The notes under the pieces were generated by a model. That model made no database searches. It worked only from the letters and a program-made list of their open reading frames with translations, and was not told the DNA's origin. Shown here one piece after another: positions 34,201 through 49,677 of a stretch of DNA of 64,000 nt. Origin of the DNA: Anaeramoeba ignava BMAN (Eukaryota; Protista; Anaeramoebae); NCBI GenBank assembly GCA_028826165.1, contig JAPDFW010000125.1:62001-126000 (forward strand), read 5' to 3'. Within the stretch, counting starts at the first letter, position 1. The number at the start of each line of letters is the position of its first letter. Made by a program: the position numbers and the translations under genes.

Positions 34201-37200
34201 ATGAAATTGTAATTTTCTTGCATAATCATTTGTAAATTTATCAATAAAAGATTTCTTTTTAATTTCTTTTCAATCATTTCATTCGGAATTTCAACATGAT
34301 TTTGAATTTGGATTTGATTATGATTATGAATAAAAGAAAATAAAAATAAAAAGCAAGTTGAAATTAATTCTTGTGAATTTTGAATTGAAGATATTTTGTA
34401 ATTTAATGGTCCATTAATAATTTCTCTTAATTTTGAAAGAAGAAATTCTGTTAATTCTATCTGATTTTGTATTGTTGCAAAAATTAAAAAAATGATAATT
34501 TTGTAAATTATTCTTGTTTCTTCTTTGTTTTTACTTTGGATTCCTCCATTTTTAAAAAATCCAAATTTTTCCAATAAAATAATTAGATTTTTAATAATTT
34601 CTTTTCCAATAATTTCTATTCCTTTTCCAATTTTAATTTCTAAAATTTCATTGATGCTTGATTTTTCATTTTCATTTTGTTTTTCATTTTCATCTTCATT
34701 TTCTTCTTCATTTGATTTTTTGATTTTTAGATTTGTCATTTTGAAAAATTGATTTGAAACATATGCTTGAATAATTTCATTTGATATTTGCTTTTTGTTT
34801 TCATTTTGTTTTGATTGTTTGATTTTAATATTGTTGTTTGGTAAATTATATATAGCCATATTTAATATTTGGATTAAAGAAAATAAATTTTTGGTAAATT
34901 CTTCTTTTTTAATGGAAACTCCTGATATTTTTATTGTTGAAAGAGTTGGTTTTTTTTCTTGTGTTTGAGAAGTATTTTTTGTAATATCAATAATTATATT
35001 ATTTATTATTCTTGAAATTATTTTTATAATTGAATTGTTGTTAATTGAATTAATTAAATAAATTGATGAAATAAATTCTTGAAATATTTTTGGAAAATTA
35101 TAATTTGTATTATAAAATGAATAAATAAATAATATATTGATAATTTTGAAAGCAAATTCATTTATTTCATTTTGATTTTCATTTTCATTTTGATTTTGAT
35201 TTTGATTTTGATTTTGATTTTGATTTTGATTTTGATTTTGATTTTGATTTTGATTTTGATTTTGATTTTGATTTTGATTTTGATTTTGATTTTGATTTTG
35301 ATTTTCTTTTTGATTTTGATTTTGATTTTGATTTTGATTTTGATTTTGATTTTGATTTTGATTTTGATTTTGATTTTGATTTTGATTTTGATTTTGATTT
35401 TGATTTTGATTTTGATTTTGATTTTGATTTTGATTTTGATTTTGATTTTGATTTTGATTTTGATTTTGATTTTGATTTTGATTTTGATTTTGATTTTCAT
35501 TTTGATTTTGATTTTGATTTTGATTTTGATTTTGATTTTGATTTTGATTTTGATTTTGATTTTGATTTTGATTTTCATTTTTCATTTTCATTTTCATTTT
35601 CATTTTGATTTTCATTTTTGATTTTCATTTTCATTTTCATTTTCATTTTGATTTTGATTTTGATTTTGATTTTGATTTTGATTTTGATTTTGATTTTGAT
35701 TTTGATTTTGATTTTGATTTTGATTTTCTTTTTGATTTTCATTTTGATTTTCTTTTTCATTTTGAATTTCACTTTCATCTTGATTTTGATTTTCATTTTG
35801 ATTTTATTTTCATTTTCATCTTGATTTTGATTTTGATTTTGATTTGTTAAATTAATTAATAATAATAAAGATTTTTGCCATCCAAATTGTGAAATAATTT
35901 TCTCTTTATTGATATTATTTTCCATTAGCAAAATCGATAATTGATGAAAATATTTAATATCAATTAAATTTGGAGATTGATTATATATTTCACAAATTGT
36001 GTGTAAAATAAATGGATTTTGAATAAATTGCAATTGAGTTTGAGATTGAATATTTTGATATGTATAAACCATCATTTTGAAAAGAATATCAATACTTTTT
36101 TTTGAAATTTGATTTATGTTATCAATTAATATTTTGTGAATAAATGGATAAATATTTTCTAATTTTTCAATTTGATAATTTTTTTTCTTTTCATATTTTG
36201 GGATTGTTTGATTTTTATTAACAAATATATCAATAACATAAATAATTTCGAGACATAATTGAATTATTTTGATGTTATTTAATTTGTTTTCTTTCATTAA
36301 TTGAATAAATGGATTCATTAATTTAATTGAAAATAATTGTTGGAAATTTTGTTTTTGTTGTTGCTCCAAAATAATTTTTTTGATAAATTTAAGTGTTTTT
36401 TGGATAAAGTATTGAGTTTTGAAAATAGATAATGTTGAAATCAAAGATTGAATATATTTCAATTTGGAAATATTATTTTCAATTTGATTAAAAAGGTATT
36501 CAATTATTGAAAATATTTTTGAAGATAATTCATAATATTTCTTTTTATCATCAAAACAATAAAAAGATTTTTGAGAATCAATTTTAATTTGTGAATTTTG
36601 TTCTAAAATATCTAAATTTTCATCATAATAACGTAATATAATTAATAAATCAAAAATTGTAATCTCTGATTCTTTTTGGTTTTGGTTTTGATTTTGATTT
36701 TCTTTTTGATTTTTATTTTGATTTTGATTTTGATTTTGATTTTCATTTTGATTTTCATTTTGATCTAATTTAATATTTTCTTTCTTAGATTGTGTTTGAG
36801 TTAATTCTTGGATAATTTCAATAATTTGTTTTTGAATTTCAAAACTAAAATTTTTCCAAATTTCAAAATCAAAAATTAAATAATTTTTCAGTTGTATTTG
36901 GAATTGTTGATTTTCTGTTTTTTCTTTTAGATCTTTGAAAAATTCAAAAATTTCATTTGAAAAATATTTTGGATTAATTGATTTGAGAATATTATTAAAT
37001 ATTGAAAATTCTTGTTTTTGAATCATTTCTTCTTGGAAATTTAAATTATTTAATAAAACAATTTTAAATGTTTTTAATATTTCTTGAAAAATTAATTTTG
37101 GATCAAATTCATTTTCATTTTCATTTTCATTTTGATTTTCAATTTCATTTTCACTTTGATTTTGATTTTGATTTTCATTTTCAATTTCATTTCCAAATTC

Positions 37201-40200
37201 AATTTCAATGTCACTTTCACTTTCACTTTCAATTTCAATTTTGATTTTGATTTTGATTTTGATTTTGATTTTGATTTTGATTTTGATTTTCAATTTCAAT
37301 TTCATTTTGATTTTGATAAAATAATTGATCAATTTCAAAAATTAAATAAAAAAATAATTGAATTCCTCCTAAACATTCAATAATATCTTTGAAATTAGTT
37401 GTTGTAGATAAATAAATTTCTTTGGTTTTTGAATTTTGTTTGATAATATTTGATGGACTTTCATTGAAACATAAATTTTCTTTCATTGTTCTTGGATTAT
37501 GATAAATTAATATTTTTTGTTTTAATTTTCCATTAAAAATTTCTTTTAATTCTTTTTCCATTTTTTGTATGTTTGAATAGTTATAGATTTCATATTTATG
37601 GAAAAAAGATTGATAATTTGGCCCAAGAAAATGAATTGCTTTAACTTGATTTTCATTAAAAAATTCTTGAAAAATATAAATTGATCCCATTTGTCCAAAA
37701 AATGTTTTTTCATTTAGTTTTTGTTTTTGAATAGAAAGGGAGAAATATAATCCAATTTCATTTTTAATAAAATGGGTTTTTTCATTTCCAATTTTTGTTA
37801 TTTCTTTGATTTTTTCTTTTTTTTCATTATTATCAAGATAAATTGAAACTTCTAATTCTGAATTTGATTTGTTGTATTTTTGTGTGAAGATGAAAAAATA
37901 CCATTTCTTAGTTTCAATTTCAAATGGAAATCTTTTTTCAATCATTTCAATTTTATTTTCATTTTTATTTTTATTTTGATTTTCATTTTCATTTTTATTT
38001 TGATTTTCATTTTCATTTTCATTTTTATTTTCATTTTCATTTTCATTTTCATTTTGATTTTCATTTTCATTTTCATTTTTATTCTTATTTTTATTTTCAT
38101 TTTTATTTTCATTTTCATTTTTATTTTCATTTTCATTTTTATTTTCATTTTCATTTTCATTTTCATTTTCATTTTCATTTTTATTTTTATTTTCATTTTT
38201 ATTTTTATTTTTATTTTCATTTTCATTTTCATTTTCATTTTTATTTTCATTTTCATTTTCATTTTCATTTTCATTTTCATTTTCAGAATTTGAATAAATT
38301 TGATAAAGAAAGGATTCTGGTTTTTTTGTTTTTTTGTTAAATTCTAAAAATAATTCAATTCCTTCTAATTTTTCTTTTAAGAAACTAAATATTTTGGATT
38401 TATAAGTTTTTTGAAAATTTTCATTTTCATTTTCAATTTCATTTTCATCTTCATCTTCATCTTCATTTTCATTTTCATTTTCATTTCATTTTCATCTTCA
38501 TTTTCATTTTCATTTGGATTTGATAAAGAAAAATCAAATGGAAAATCTTCAATTCTTATCCAAGTAACAAAACTAAATTTTTTAGAAATTAAATCATTAT
38601 GGAAAGTTGGAAGTTGAATATTTGAATTTTCATCATAAAAATCAAAAAAATTAATTGGATTTTCTTGTTTTTGATGTAGATTTTGATTTTGATTAATTAT
38701 TTTTGTTAATTCAATTATCATTTCTTTTGCAAATTTTTTCCTGTTTTTTTTCCTTAATTGATCTTTCAAAATTGAAAAATATTTTTTCATTTCAGAAACA
38801 AGAATTTTATGTGTTGCTAGTTTCCTAATAAATTGAATAATTTCCTTGAATAAATCAAAATTTTGAATTTTGGGAATGAATTCAAGTAAAAAAGAAATTA
38901 TTCCTTTTTCACAACAACAATAAATATTATGAGTTAATTTTTCACAAATTTGATTAAATGTTTTGAAAACTTCATTAAAAGAAATTTCTTCATTTTGATT
39001 TTCATTTTCATTTTGAATTATTTCTATTTTGTTATTGTTATTGTTATTGTTATTTTGAATGATTTTTTCTTCATTTCGATAAGAAAATGCGAAAATGATA
39101 TTTATGATATTTGTATTTCTGATTATAAAATTGTTTTCTATTGAAAAATTTCCATTATTAATCATTAAATCCAAAAGAAGTTGAAATAATTTTTTTGTTA
39201 GTTTTCCTTTTTCTGTTTCATGAATTATTTGAATAAATTCTTGTTTTGGAATTACTTTATGGAATTCATAAATCATTTTTTCATTATTTCTGATAATTCC
39301 TTTTAGAATTAATAAAATAAGATAAGTTAATTTTTGTTCTTTATCATTTAGTAATTGTTTCAAAAAATTTAATAAATGTGAACTTAAAATTATTTCTTGA
39401 ATAACTTCTCGGTTTTTGGAAATTGATTCTGAACATTTTAAAAAGAGTTTTTCAATATCTTCAAATTCAATTTCATTTGATTTTTCTTTTTGATCATTTT
39501 TCTTTTTGATTTGTTTAGATAATAAAAGAATTTTTTGAATTAAATAAGGAATGTATTCTTTTTCTTTTTCTTCTTTTGTTTTTTTTATTGTTTCAATAAT
39601 TTTTGGAATATAAATGAAAGGAATTTTTCGTGTAATTTTGTTTTGAAATAATTTAACCAAAAAATTGAAAATTTCTCCATCTTGAAGAATAATTTTAATA
39701 TCTAAATTTTGGAATAATAAACTCAAAATTTCTAAAAATGAATTAATTGTTTGATTTTTAATTTCATTTTTAATTTGATTTTGATCATCTTTCTCTTCAA
39801 TTAATTTCAATAAAAATTCTTGAATTTGTTGATATCCTTGAATTTGAATTATTTTATTGGTTGTAATTGGCGATTTTCTTTTGAGAATTTTAATTATCAT
39901 TCTTAAAAATCTATTGAATAAAAATAAATTTGATTTTATATTTTCATTTCCATTTTCATTTTCATTTTCATTTTCATTTTGAAAAATTTGATTAAATAAG
40001 AACTTATAATCAAAATTGTTTGGATATTCTAAAATAACATTCAATATAAAATTAATTAATAAGGTTTGCAAGTTTGTGTGCATTTCATATAATTGAACCT
40101 TTTCATTTTCTTGAATCTAATTGAAAATATAATGAAAAAAAATATTATAAATAATTTTAATTTTAATTTTAATTTTAATTTTAATTTTACATTTAAATTA

Positions 40201-43064
40201 TCAAAATTTATTTTTCTGATAAAATAATCAGAAAACAAAATTTCAAATCCTCCATTTTCTTGGAAAAATTGAAAAGTTTCTTTATCAATATCATTAATAA
40301 TCATTTTCTTGAATTCAAATAAAATATATATTTGAAGTTCTGGATAAACATTTTTGATATATTTTTGAATTTTAATAATTTTTTGGTTTGATAAATTATG
40401 AATTAATGATGAATTTTTTTCATTTTCTGGATTTTTAAATAAATCAAGATAAATTAAAATGAATCTTTGTTTGAAATTATTAACTTTGATTTTAATTTGG
40501 TTTGTAAATTGATTTAATTCGTTTTTGATATTTTCTTTTGTTGGATCAATTTCATTTGGTTTTTGAATATTTTGAAAATGTCTAACATGATCAAAAAGTC
40601 TATCTAAATAAGGGTTATATAATTTGATTTGTGAAAATTTTTTTGTACATTCCATTTCTTTTTCTAAATTTATTTTTTCAATTTCTTTTTCTTCAATTTC
40701 TTTTATCAATTCTTTCCATTTTTTTGATAATTTTGGTTTAACAGAATAAGAAGCCCAAATAATAAAATCTCCAAGATATGAAATATTATTATTGTTTACA
40801 ATTTGTTCAATTATATTTTCTTCCTGAATAACAAAAATGAGAAAATCAAAAGCATTGAAACGAAAATCAGTTTCTAAATGAATTAAATTTGCTTTTAAAG
40901 TTTGAAAATTTTCTAAAATTAAAGGATTTTCTTCTTTTTTGATTTTTGGATCAAATATAAAGAAATTTGTTTGAAAAAAATCTTCAATTTCAATTTGATT
41001 TTGATTTTGATTTTGATTTTGATTTTGATTTTCTATTTCTTCTTGATTTGAAAATCCAATATTTGGAAAAGAAGATGAACAATTTGGAGATTTAAAAAAA
41101 GATACAAGAACTAAAATTAAATCAGTTTTCTGTTCTTCTTTTAATAATCCATATTCATAAAAACTTTCAAGATTCTCAAAAATTGTTAATTGAAGAGAAA
41201 ATTGTTTTTTGGTAAATATAAATGCTTTTCTAAGATCTAAATTAGTTTGAAGAATATCTATTTTTTTTTGTTTGAATCAAAGAAAAATTAATTGGATTTT
41301 AAGAATTTTAATTTTAATATTTTGATATTTTAATATTAATTACTAATCATTAAAGAAATTATTCTTGAATTTTGGATTGATTTCAAAATTTCTTTGTTTG
41401 GATAAATTTTTTTAGATTTTACAAAATTTTTCAATGATTGCATAATTTCAAAAATAATAAATTGAATTTCAAGTAAATAATAAATTGAAAGTGAAGGATT
41501 TGATTTCTTTTTTTTTTTGTTTTAAAAAAAATAATTTGATTAATAAGGAAAAAATAAAAAGAATAATTTAATTTATTTTTCTTTTTCTTTTTACTCTTAA
41601 ATTCTTCATTAATTCGAAATGATTTTGAATAATTTCCAATAATTCTTCAATAATTCCAAAAATTCTATTTTCAAATAAAATTTGTCGATTAAATTTTGAT
41701 TTTGAAATGATTGAAATGACAGATAAAGAAATCAAATATTTTTCAGCTAATATTTGATTTTGATTTTGATTTTGATTTTGATTTTGATTTGATTTTGATT
41801 TTGATTTTGATTTCGATTTTGATTTATATTTGTATTTATATTTGGAGTTGGAGTTGGAGTTGGAGTTGGAGTTGGGTTAAATTTTGATTTTGATTTTGAT
41901 TTTGATTTTGATTTTGATTTTGATTTTGATTTTGATTTTGATTTTGATTTTGATTTTGATTTTGATTTTGATTTTGATTTTGATTTTGATTTTGATTTTC
42001 ATTTTGATTTTGATTTTGATTTTGATTTTGATTTTGATTTTGATTTATATTTGTATTTATATTTGGAGTTGGAGTTGGAGTTGGAGTTAAATTTATATTT
42101 TGATTGATTTCTATTTTTCAAATTTTTTTTAAAGAGAATTTAAATATTTTCCAAATTAATTTTCAATTTTGAAAAAAAAAATAATTGATAAAAAACCTTT
42201 TAAAATATTTTTTGAATTATTCAAAATGTTCAAAATAAATTGAATAAAGTTTATTGGATGAGCTTCGTTTCTTGAAATTGCTTGATTAATTTCTTCAATT
42301 TTAAAATATTTTTCAAATTGACTTTCTTGTTGAATTTGTAAATTTGATTCATATGGATTCCAATATTTGAATATTTCTTGAAATAATAAAGAAAATTGAA
42401 CAAAATCATCATGAATCTAAAAAAATTGGAAAAAATAATAAATGTTTAAAAAATTTAATTGAAAAATTTTTAATTGAAAATTTTACATTTTCATTTTGAT
42501 TTTGATTTTCAATTTGATTTTGATTTTGATTTTGATTTTGATTTTGATTTTGATTTTGATTTTGATTTTGATTTTGATTTTGATTTTGATTTTGATTTTG
42601 ATTTTGATTTTGATTTTGATTTTGATTTTGATTTTTGATTTTGATTTTGATTTTGATTTTGATTTTGATTTTGATTTTGATTTTGATTCCTAAATTTTGA
42701 TTTTGATTTTGATTTTTGATTTTTGATTTTGATTTTGATTTGATTTTTGATTTTGATTTGATTTTGATTTTGATTTTGATTTTTTTGATTTGATTTTGAT
42801 TTTCATTTTTTTGCCATTTTGATTTTGATTTTAGTTTTTGCATTTTTGATTTTATTTTGATTTTCATTTTCATTTGCATTTTTCTTTTAAATTTTTTTGC
42901 ATTTTTCTTAATTTTTGAATTCATCAAATTTTTTTATCATTTTTTTGCATTTTATTAATTTTTTATTAATTTTCAAATTTTTTTGCATTTTCTTTATTAA
43001 TTTCTTTATTAATTTCTTTATTAATTTCTTTATTAATTTCTTTATCATTTTCTTTATTACTCAT
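31259..43064 (-). CDS. Large BEACH-domain protein (neurobeachin/Lvs-like: ConA-like, PH, BEACH, WD40). Multi-exon 5' end, frameshifts in NQ/NE microsatellites, start approximate
   Basis: [67 protein letters not shown] and C-terminal WD40 in ORF 31259..34198. ConA-like FSFVTWIRIE/FFGQMGSIY and IECLGGIQLF upstream. Spliceable exons continue to ~42416, with a candidate ATG at 43064. Confidence 0.85.
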
Positions 43065-43154
43065 TTTAAAATAATTTCAAAAAAAAATTAAAAAAAATTA
43101 AAAAAAATGAAAAAATGGAAAAAAAAAGTTTTCATTTTTTTCTTTTTTTTAGAA

Positions 43155-44050
<896 letters not shown>

Positions 44051-44113
44051 TATAAAATTATCATTTAATTTTGACATTTTATTTTTATTTTTCTTCTTTT
44101 TTTTAAAATCAAA

Positions 44114-44470
44114 ATGAAAAATAAAAATCAAAATATAAATCAAAATCAAAATCAAAATAAAAATCAAAATCAAAATCAAAATAAAAATCAAAAACAAAAT
44201 CAAAATCAAAATCAAAATCAAAATCAAAATCAAAATCAAAATAAAAATAAAAATCAAAATCAAAATCAAAATCAAAATCAAAATGAAAATCAAAACCAAA
44301 ATCAAAATCAAAATCAAAATCAAAATCAAAATCAAAATCAAAATCAAAATCAAAATCAAAATCAAAATCAAAATCAAAATCAAAATCAAAATCAAAATCA
44401 AAATCAAAATCAAAATCAAAATGAAAATCAAAATCAAAATCAAAATCAAAATCAAAATCAAAATCAAAAT
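44114..44470. repeat. (AATCAA)n microsatellite between the convergent 3' ends of Siw14 and Rho
   Basis: Read directly; lies between two stop codons. Confidence 0.9.
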
Positions 44471-44555
44471 GAAAAATTGTTTGTTTTTTATTTTTGGAAA
44501 AATAGAAAAATGAAATTTTTTAAAGGAAGAAAGAAATGTAAAAAAAAATATCATT

Positions 44556-46015
44556 TTATAAAATAATGCAACCTGATTCCTTTTTAATATTTTCTTTTGA
44601 TGCTTTAAGTGCATCAATAAAAACATCATCAATATTTTCTTTTAATTTTGCAGAACATTCATGAAAACTATAAGCTTGAATTTCTTCTGAAAGTTTTTTT
44701 CCCTAAATTTTTTTTAATTAATTTTTCTAATTGAAATTTTTTTATTTAAAATTTTTAATTGAAATTACTTGTTCTATTGTAACAAAACTTTGATTTGCTT
44801 TTGTTAGTTTGTCAATTGCTTCTTGATCTTTTCGAAGATCTGATTTTAAAGCAACAAGAATTATAGGTGCTTTTGGACAATAATGTCTTCCTTCTTTAAT
44901 CCACTTTTTTTAATATTAAAATCAAAATCAAAAATTTTGATTTTAATTTTAAATCAAAAATCAAAATTTAATTTTAATTTTCAAATTGAAAAATTTCAAT
45001 ATTAATTTTAATAGAAAATTTTAATTTTTAATTTTAATTTTAATTTTAATTTTAATTTTAATATTTAATTTTAATTTTAATTTCAATATTAATTTTAATT
45101 TAATTTTGATTTTAATTTTAATTTTAATTTTTAATTTTTTAATTTTAATAATTTTTAATTGAAATTTTTATTTAAATTTTTAATTGAAATTTTAATTTTA
45201 ATTTCAAATTTTAATTTTAAATTTGATTTCAATATTGATTTTAATTTTAATTTTAATTTTAATTTTAAGCAACAATTTTAATTTTTTTGGAATTTTAATT
45301 TTATTAATTTTAATTTTAATTTTAATTTTAATTTTAATTTTGATTTTAATTTTAATTTTAATTTTAATTTTAATTTTAATTTTAATTTTAATTTTAATTT
45401 TAATTTTAATTTTAATTTTAATTTTGATTTTAATTTTAATTTTAATTTTACATTTTCTTTAACATCATGAAAAGAACTCATTAAATCCACAGAATAACAA
45501 ACTATTAAAGCATTTGCTCCATTATAACTTAAAGAACGAATTCTTCCTAAATCCTCTTGACCTTTTATTTATTAAATTATTATTAAATTTATTTATTAAA
45601 TTATTATTAAATTTATTTATTAAATTATTATTAAATTATTATTAAATTTATTTATTAAATTTATTTATTAAATTTATTTATTAATTATTTATTAAATTTA
45701 TTTATTAAATTTATTTATTAAATTTATTTATTAAATTTATTAAATTTATTAAAATTAAAAATTACCAGCAGTATCAAAAATTTCAAGTTCATAAGTCTTG
45801 TTTTCAAAATCAATATCTCTAACATGTTGTTCAAACACAGTAGGAATATGTTCTTCAGGAAATCTTTATAAAATTTTTAAGAAAAATCCATTTAGTTTTT
45901 TTTTTAAAAAAAAAATTGGAATGAATTTAACTTACTCATTACTTGCAAAAGTCATACATAAAGCAGTTTTTCCAACTGCTCCATCTCCAATAACAACAAG
46001 TTTAAAACGAGGCAT
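44556..46015 (-). CDS. Rho-family small GTPase, not in the ORF track as a unit. Exons 46015-45936, 45863-45766, 45561-45452, 44903-44769, 44702-44556
   Basis: Spliced: MPRFKLVVIGDGAVGKT...FPEEHIPTVFE...IFDTAGQED...LVALKSDLR...ECSAK...ESGCIIL*. Contains the Rho insert and a CAAX box. Confidence 0.93.
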
Positions 46016-46088
46016 TTTTTTTTTTTGATAAAATAATAAAAAAGAAAAAAAAAGAAAAAAATGAATTTTTATTTTTTAAAAATTATAT

Positions 46089-49000
46089 TTAATTTTTATT
46101 TATTGAATTTGAAAATTTTTCAAAGTAATTCCTTAATTTTGCAAATTGATTTTGAAAGTTTAATTGATCTTTTGAAAATTCTTCATTTTCTATTTCTTTT
46201 TTTGATAAAATTTCTTCAAGAAATACTAAAATTGAAATTGAACTTGAAATTTCTTCTAAAATTCTTTTTTTTTTACTTTTTGGATAAACAGAAATTTCAA
46301 TCTTTTCAAAACAATTAATAAATTCATTAACAAAAATATTTGCAATTTTTAAGGAAATTTCTTGCAATTCAATTTTTTGAATATATTGTTTTAAAACAGA
46401 ATATAATCTTTTTGTATCTTCTGATAATTTTTCTATTAATATTTGATCATCATTAGTTTGATTTGCTTTAAAAATTTTACTTAAATTTTTTTTCTTTTGT
46501 AATTGAGATTGATTGATTTGATTTTTAGTTGTTTGAGATAAAGGAAAGAAAATCTCATTAAAGGATTCAATTTGCTTCAATAAAACATCTTGAATAATTC
46601 CAATTATTTTTTCAAAAACCTCGTTTTTATGTTCATTATAATCTCTGTTTAATTTATCAAATTCAGAAAGTAAAGGTGAATAAGATTCTGGTAAAAGTGA
46701 AGAAAATACTTTTTGGATTTTAATGTTTGTTTCAAAAAGTATATTTAATGTTTGTGATGATAATGCAAGATTTTGTGTTGTTATTCTTTTCAATCCTGCT
46801 ACTTGAATTGCTCCAGCTCCTAAAACTAATTGGCACATTCTTGAATTAAATTGTTTCAAAATTCCAATTATTTTTTGCATTAAATCTGTCAAATTTGATT
46901 TTGAGAATTTTCTTGCACATTTCATATAATTTGTTAAAATTTGGAAAAGAAAAAGTACACTTTTAACTGCTGGTATTCGATTAAATTTGGATCCTTGAAC
47001 AAGAAGATAATTGTTCAAAATTTCTTTATTATCTTTGCTTTTTGGTTCTTTTGTGCTGTTTTCATCTGTTAAATTTACTTTTTTATTATCAAGATTGTTA
47101 AATAATATTTGGATTTTCCATGGAACTTTTTCTATTTTCCATTTATCTTGAACTAGAATTTTTTCAATATATTCCATTGAAAATTTATGAAGAATTTCGA
47201 TAAATTTCTTGGTTAAATTTTTAATCTCAATATCTAATGAATTGCATTTATATTTTGTTGTTTTTTCACTTTCAATCATAAAATTTTGTGTTATTGAAAC
47301 GAGATTTAGGAATTCATCAATTGAATTGTTCATTTCTTGTGGAGAATTAATCAATCTAATTGATATTGATTCTTTTCGTGTTTGCAGAATTCTTGTACAT
47401 TTATTATGACTAATTTCGCATGCATGATTTATTATTGATTCTGAATCTTTGATCATTTGGTTTATAACAATCTCATCTACATTATTTTCAAGTCCATTCC
47501 AAGTTTTCATTTTCATTTTTTCATTTCCATTTTGATTTTTCATCTCCAAAATTTCTTGAAATATTCTTTTTAAAATATTATTTACTTCAAGAGATATTTT
47601 TAATAAATAAATAACACGAGAATAAACTTTTTCAATAAATTCAAGAAAAGTTTGTGAATCCAATTCTTTAAGTGCTTCTTTTCTTCCTGTTGTAATTTTA
47701 GAGGAATATTGTCTAATGAGATTATTTGGTAAATTGCTATTTTCTTTTTGTTTGTTTTGAGAAACAAGAAAATCATCAATCATTTTATTAATTTCATTTT
47801 CAAATTTATTCGAAATTTTTTCATTGTATTGAATAAATGCATCTTGTAAATATTTTATATTCAATAAGCAAAGGATGATTGGTTTTAAATTTTCATAAGT
47901 ATCATTAATTTCTTTTTGATTTTCATTTTGATTTAAACAAAATTTTGAAAAATCTTCACATAATTCACTTTTCATTTTATCATTCATTTTATTCAATTCC
48001 ATTTTTAAACCTTTAATACATTGAATTCCATTTAATTGATTTTCAATAACAAATTTAGTTGTTGTTATAACTTCAAGAGCACCTGCAAAATCACGATTAT
48101 TTAATAATAATTGTGCTGTATTTACTCCATTTTTAACTACAGAAATTAGTTTCATTTTATCAGTTAATTTATTCATATTTTGTTGTTGTGTTTTTGATTT
48201 TGTAATTTGAATTGATTTAATAACAATATCTTGATCAATTTTGTTCAATAAATCTCTAATAAATGTAATTTTTTGAAGAGTATTTTGAACTTTATATGTT
48301 AAATCAGATAATTCATTAATTGATGAGAAAATATATGGAGTTTTTTCTAATAATTCACTAGATAATTTATTTTCAATCAATTCAAGGAAATGTTGAGCCT
48401 TAAATTTTTAAATTTTCAAAATGAATTTCAAAATGAATTTTAATTTCAAAATGAATTTTAATTTTTAAAATGAATTTTTAAAATGAATTTTAATTCTAAT
48501 TTTACTTTTTGATGTGGTTTCAATGATACTTTAGAATCTGAATCAATTTCATAAATATTTTGAAAAATTTCTGTATTTGATAAATCAAAAAAAGGAGAGA
48601 AAAATATTGAAGGAATAATTTTTTTCATAGTTTCCAAATTCATATTCAAATCATTTTCTTGACTAATTTTATAAAATTCAAATTCATTTAAATTAAAATC
48701 AATTCAAAATTCAAATTCAAAATTAAAATTAAATTACTTTGAATGATTTTGATTTTGATTTTGATTTTGATTTTGATTTGATTTTGATTTGATTTGATTT
48801 TGATTTTGATTTTCTGAATAAATTTTTGTTGAATCTAATTTTTTATCTTCAATTCTTGATAAAATTTGAATTTTTAATTTTTGATTTTCTTCAAATTTTT
48901 CTTGAATTTCTTTAATACTTTGATAATATTTTTTAATTCTATTATTTAATTTTTGTCTAAATTCTTGTGAAATATTTTGTTCTTCTGAAGTATAAACTGG

Positions 49001-49486
49001 AACTTCAAAAACTTTATCAAGAAACCAATCACTCCAAGTTTGCTATTTTATTTCCAACAATTTAATTATTATAAATTTAATTTGAATAAAAAGTTGTTTA
49101 CAAATAAATAATTTGTTTTTTGATTTTTTCATTTTGATTTTTGATTTACTTTTGTTGGATCATTTATTATTGAAATTATATTTTGACTTTCAACATATTC
49201 ATTAAATCTAGTTTTATTTTTATTTTTATTTTGATTTTGATTTTGATTTTTATTTTGATTTTTATTTTGATTTTGATTTTGATTTTGATTTTGATTTTGA
49301 TTTTGATTTTGATTTTGATTTTGATTTTGATTTTGATTTTTGATTTTGATTTTGATTTTGATTTTGATTTTGATTTTGATTTTGATTTTGATTTTGATTT
49401 TGATTTTGATTTTGATTTTGATTTTGATTTTGATTTTGATTTTGATTTTGATTTTGATTTTGATTTTGATTTTGATTTTGATTCAT
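46089..49486 (-). CDS. VPS54: Vps54 (GARP tethering complex subunit); short 5' exons, start approximate
   Basis: FNSRMCQLVLGAGAIQVAGLKRITTQNLALSSQ in ORF 46089..48380. Upstream exons include QNIISIINDP and IPSIFFSPFFDL. Confidence 0.88.
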
Positions 49487-49677
49487 ATTTGAATTATTTC
49501 AATTATTTCAATTATTTGAATTATTTAAATTATTTAAATTATTTAAATTATTTAAAAAGAAAAAAGAAAAAAATGAATAATTTGTTTTTAAAAATTAATA
49601 ATTTAAATTTTTTTTTCCTTTTTTCATTTTTTTTTTCATTTTTTTTCATTTTTTTTAAAAAAAAAAACAAACTTAAA

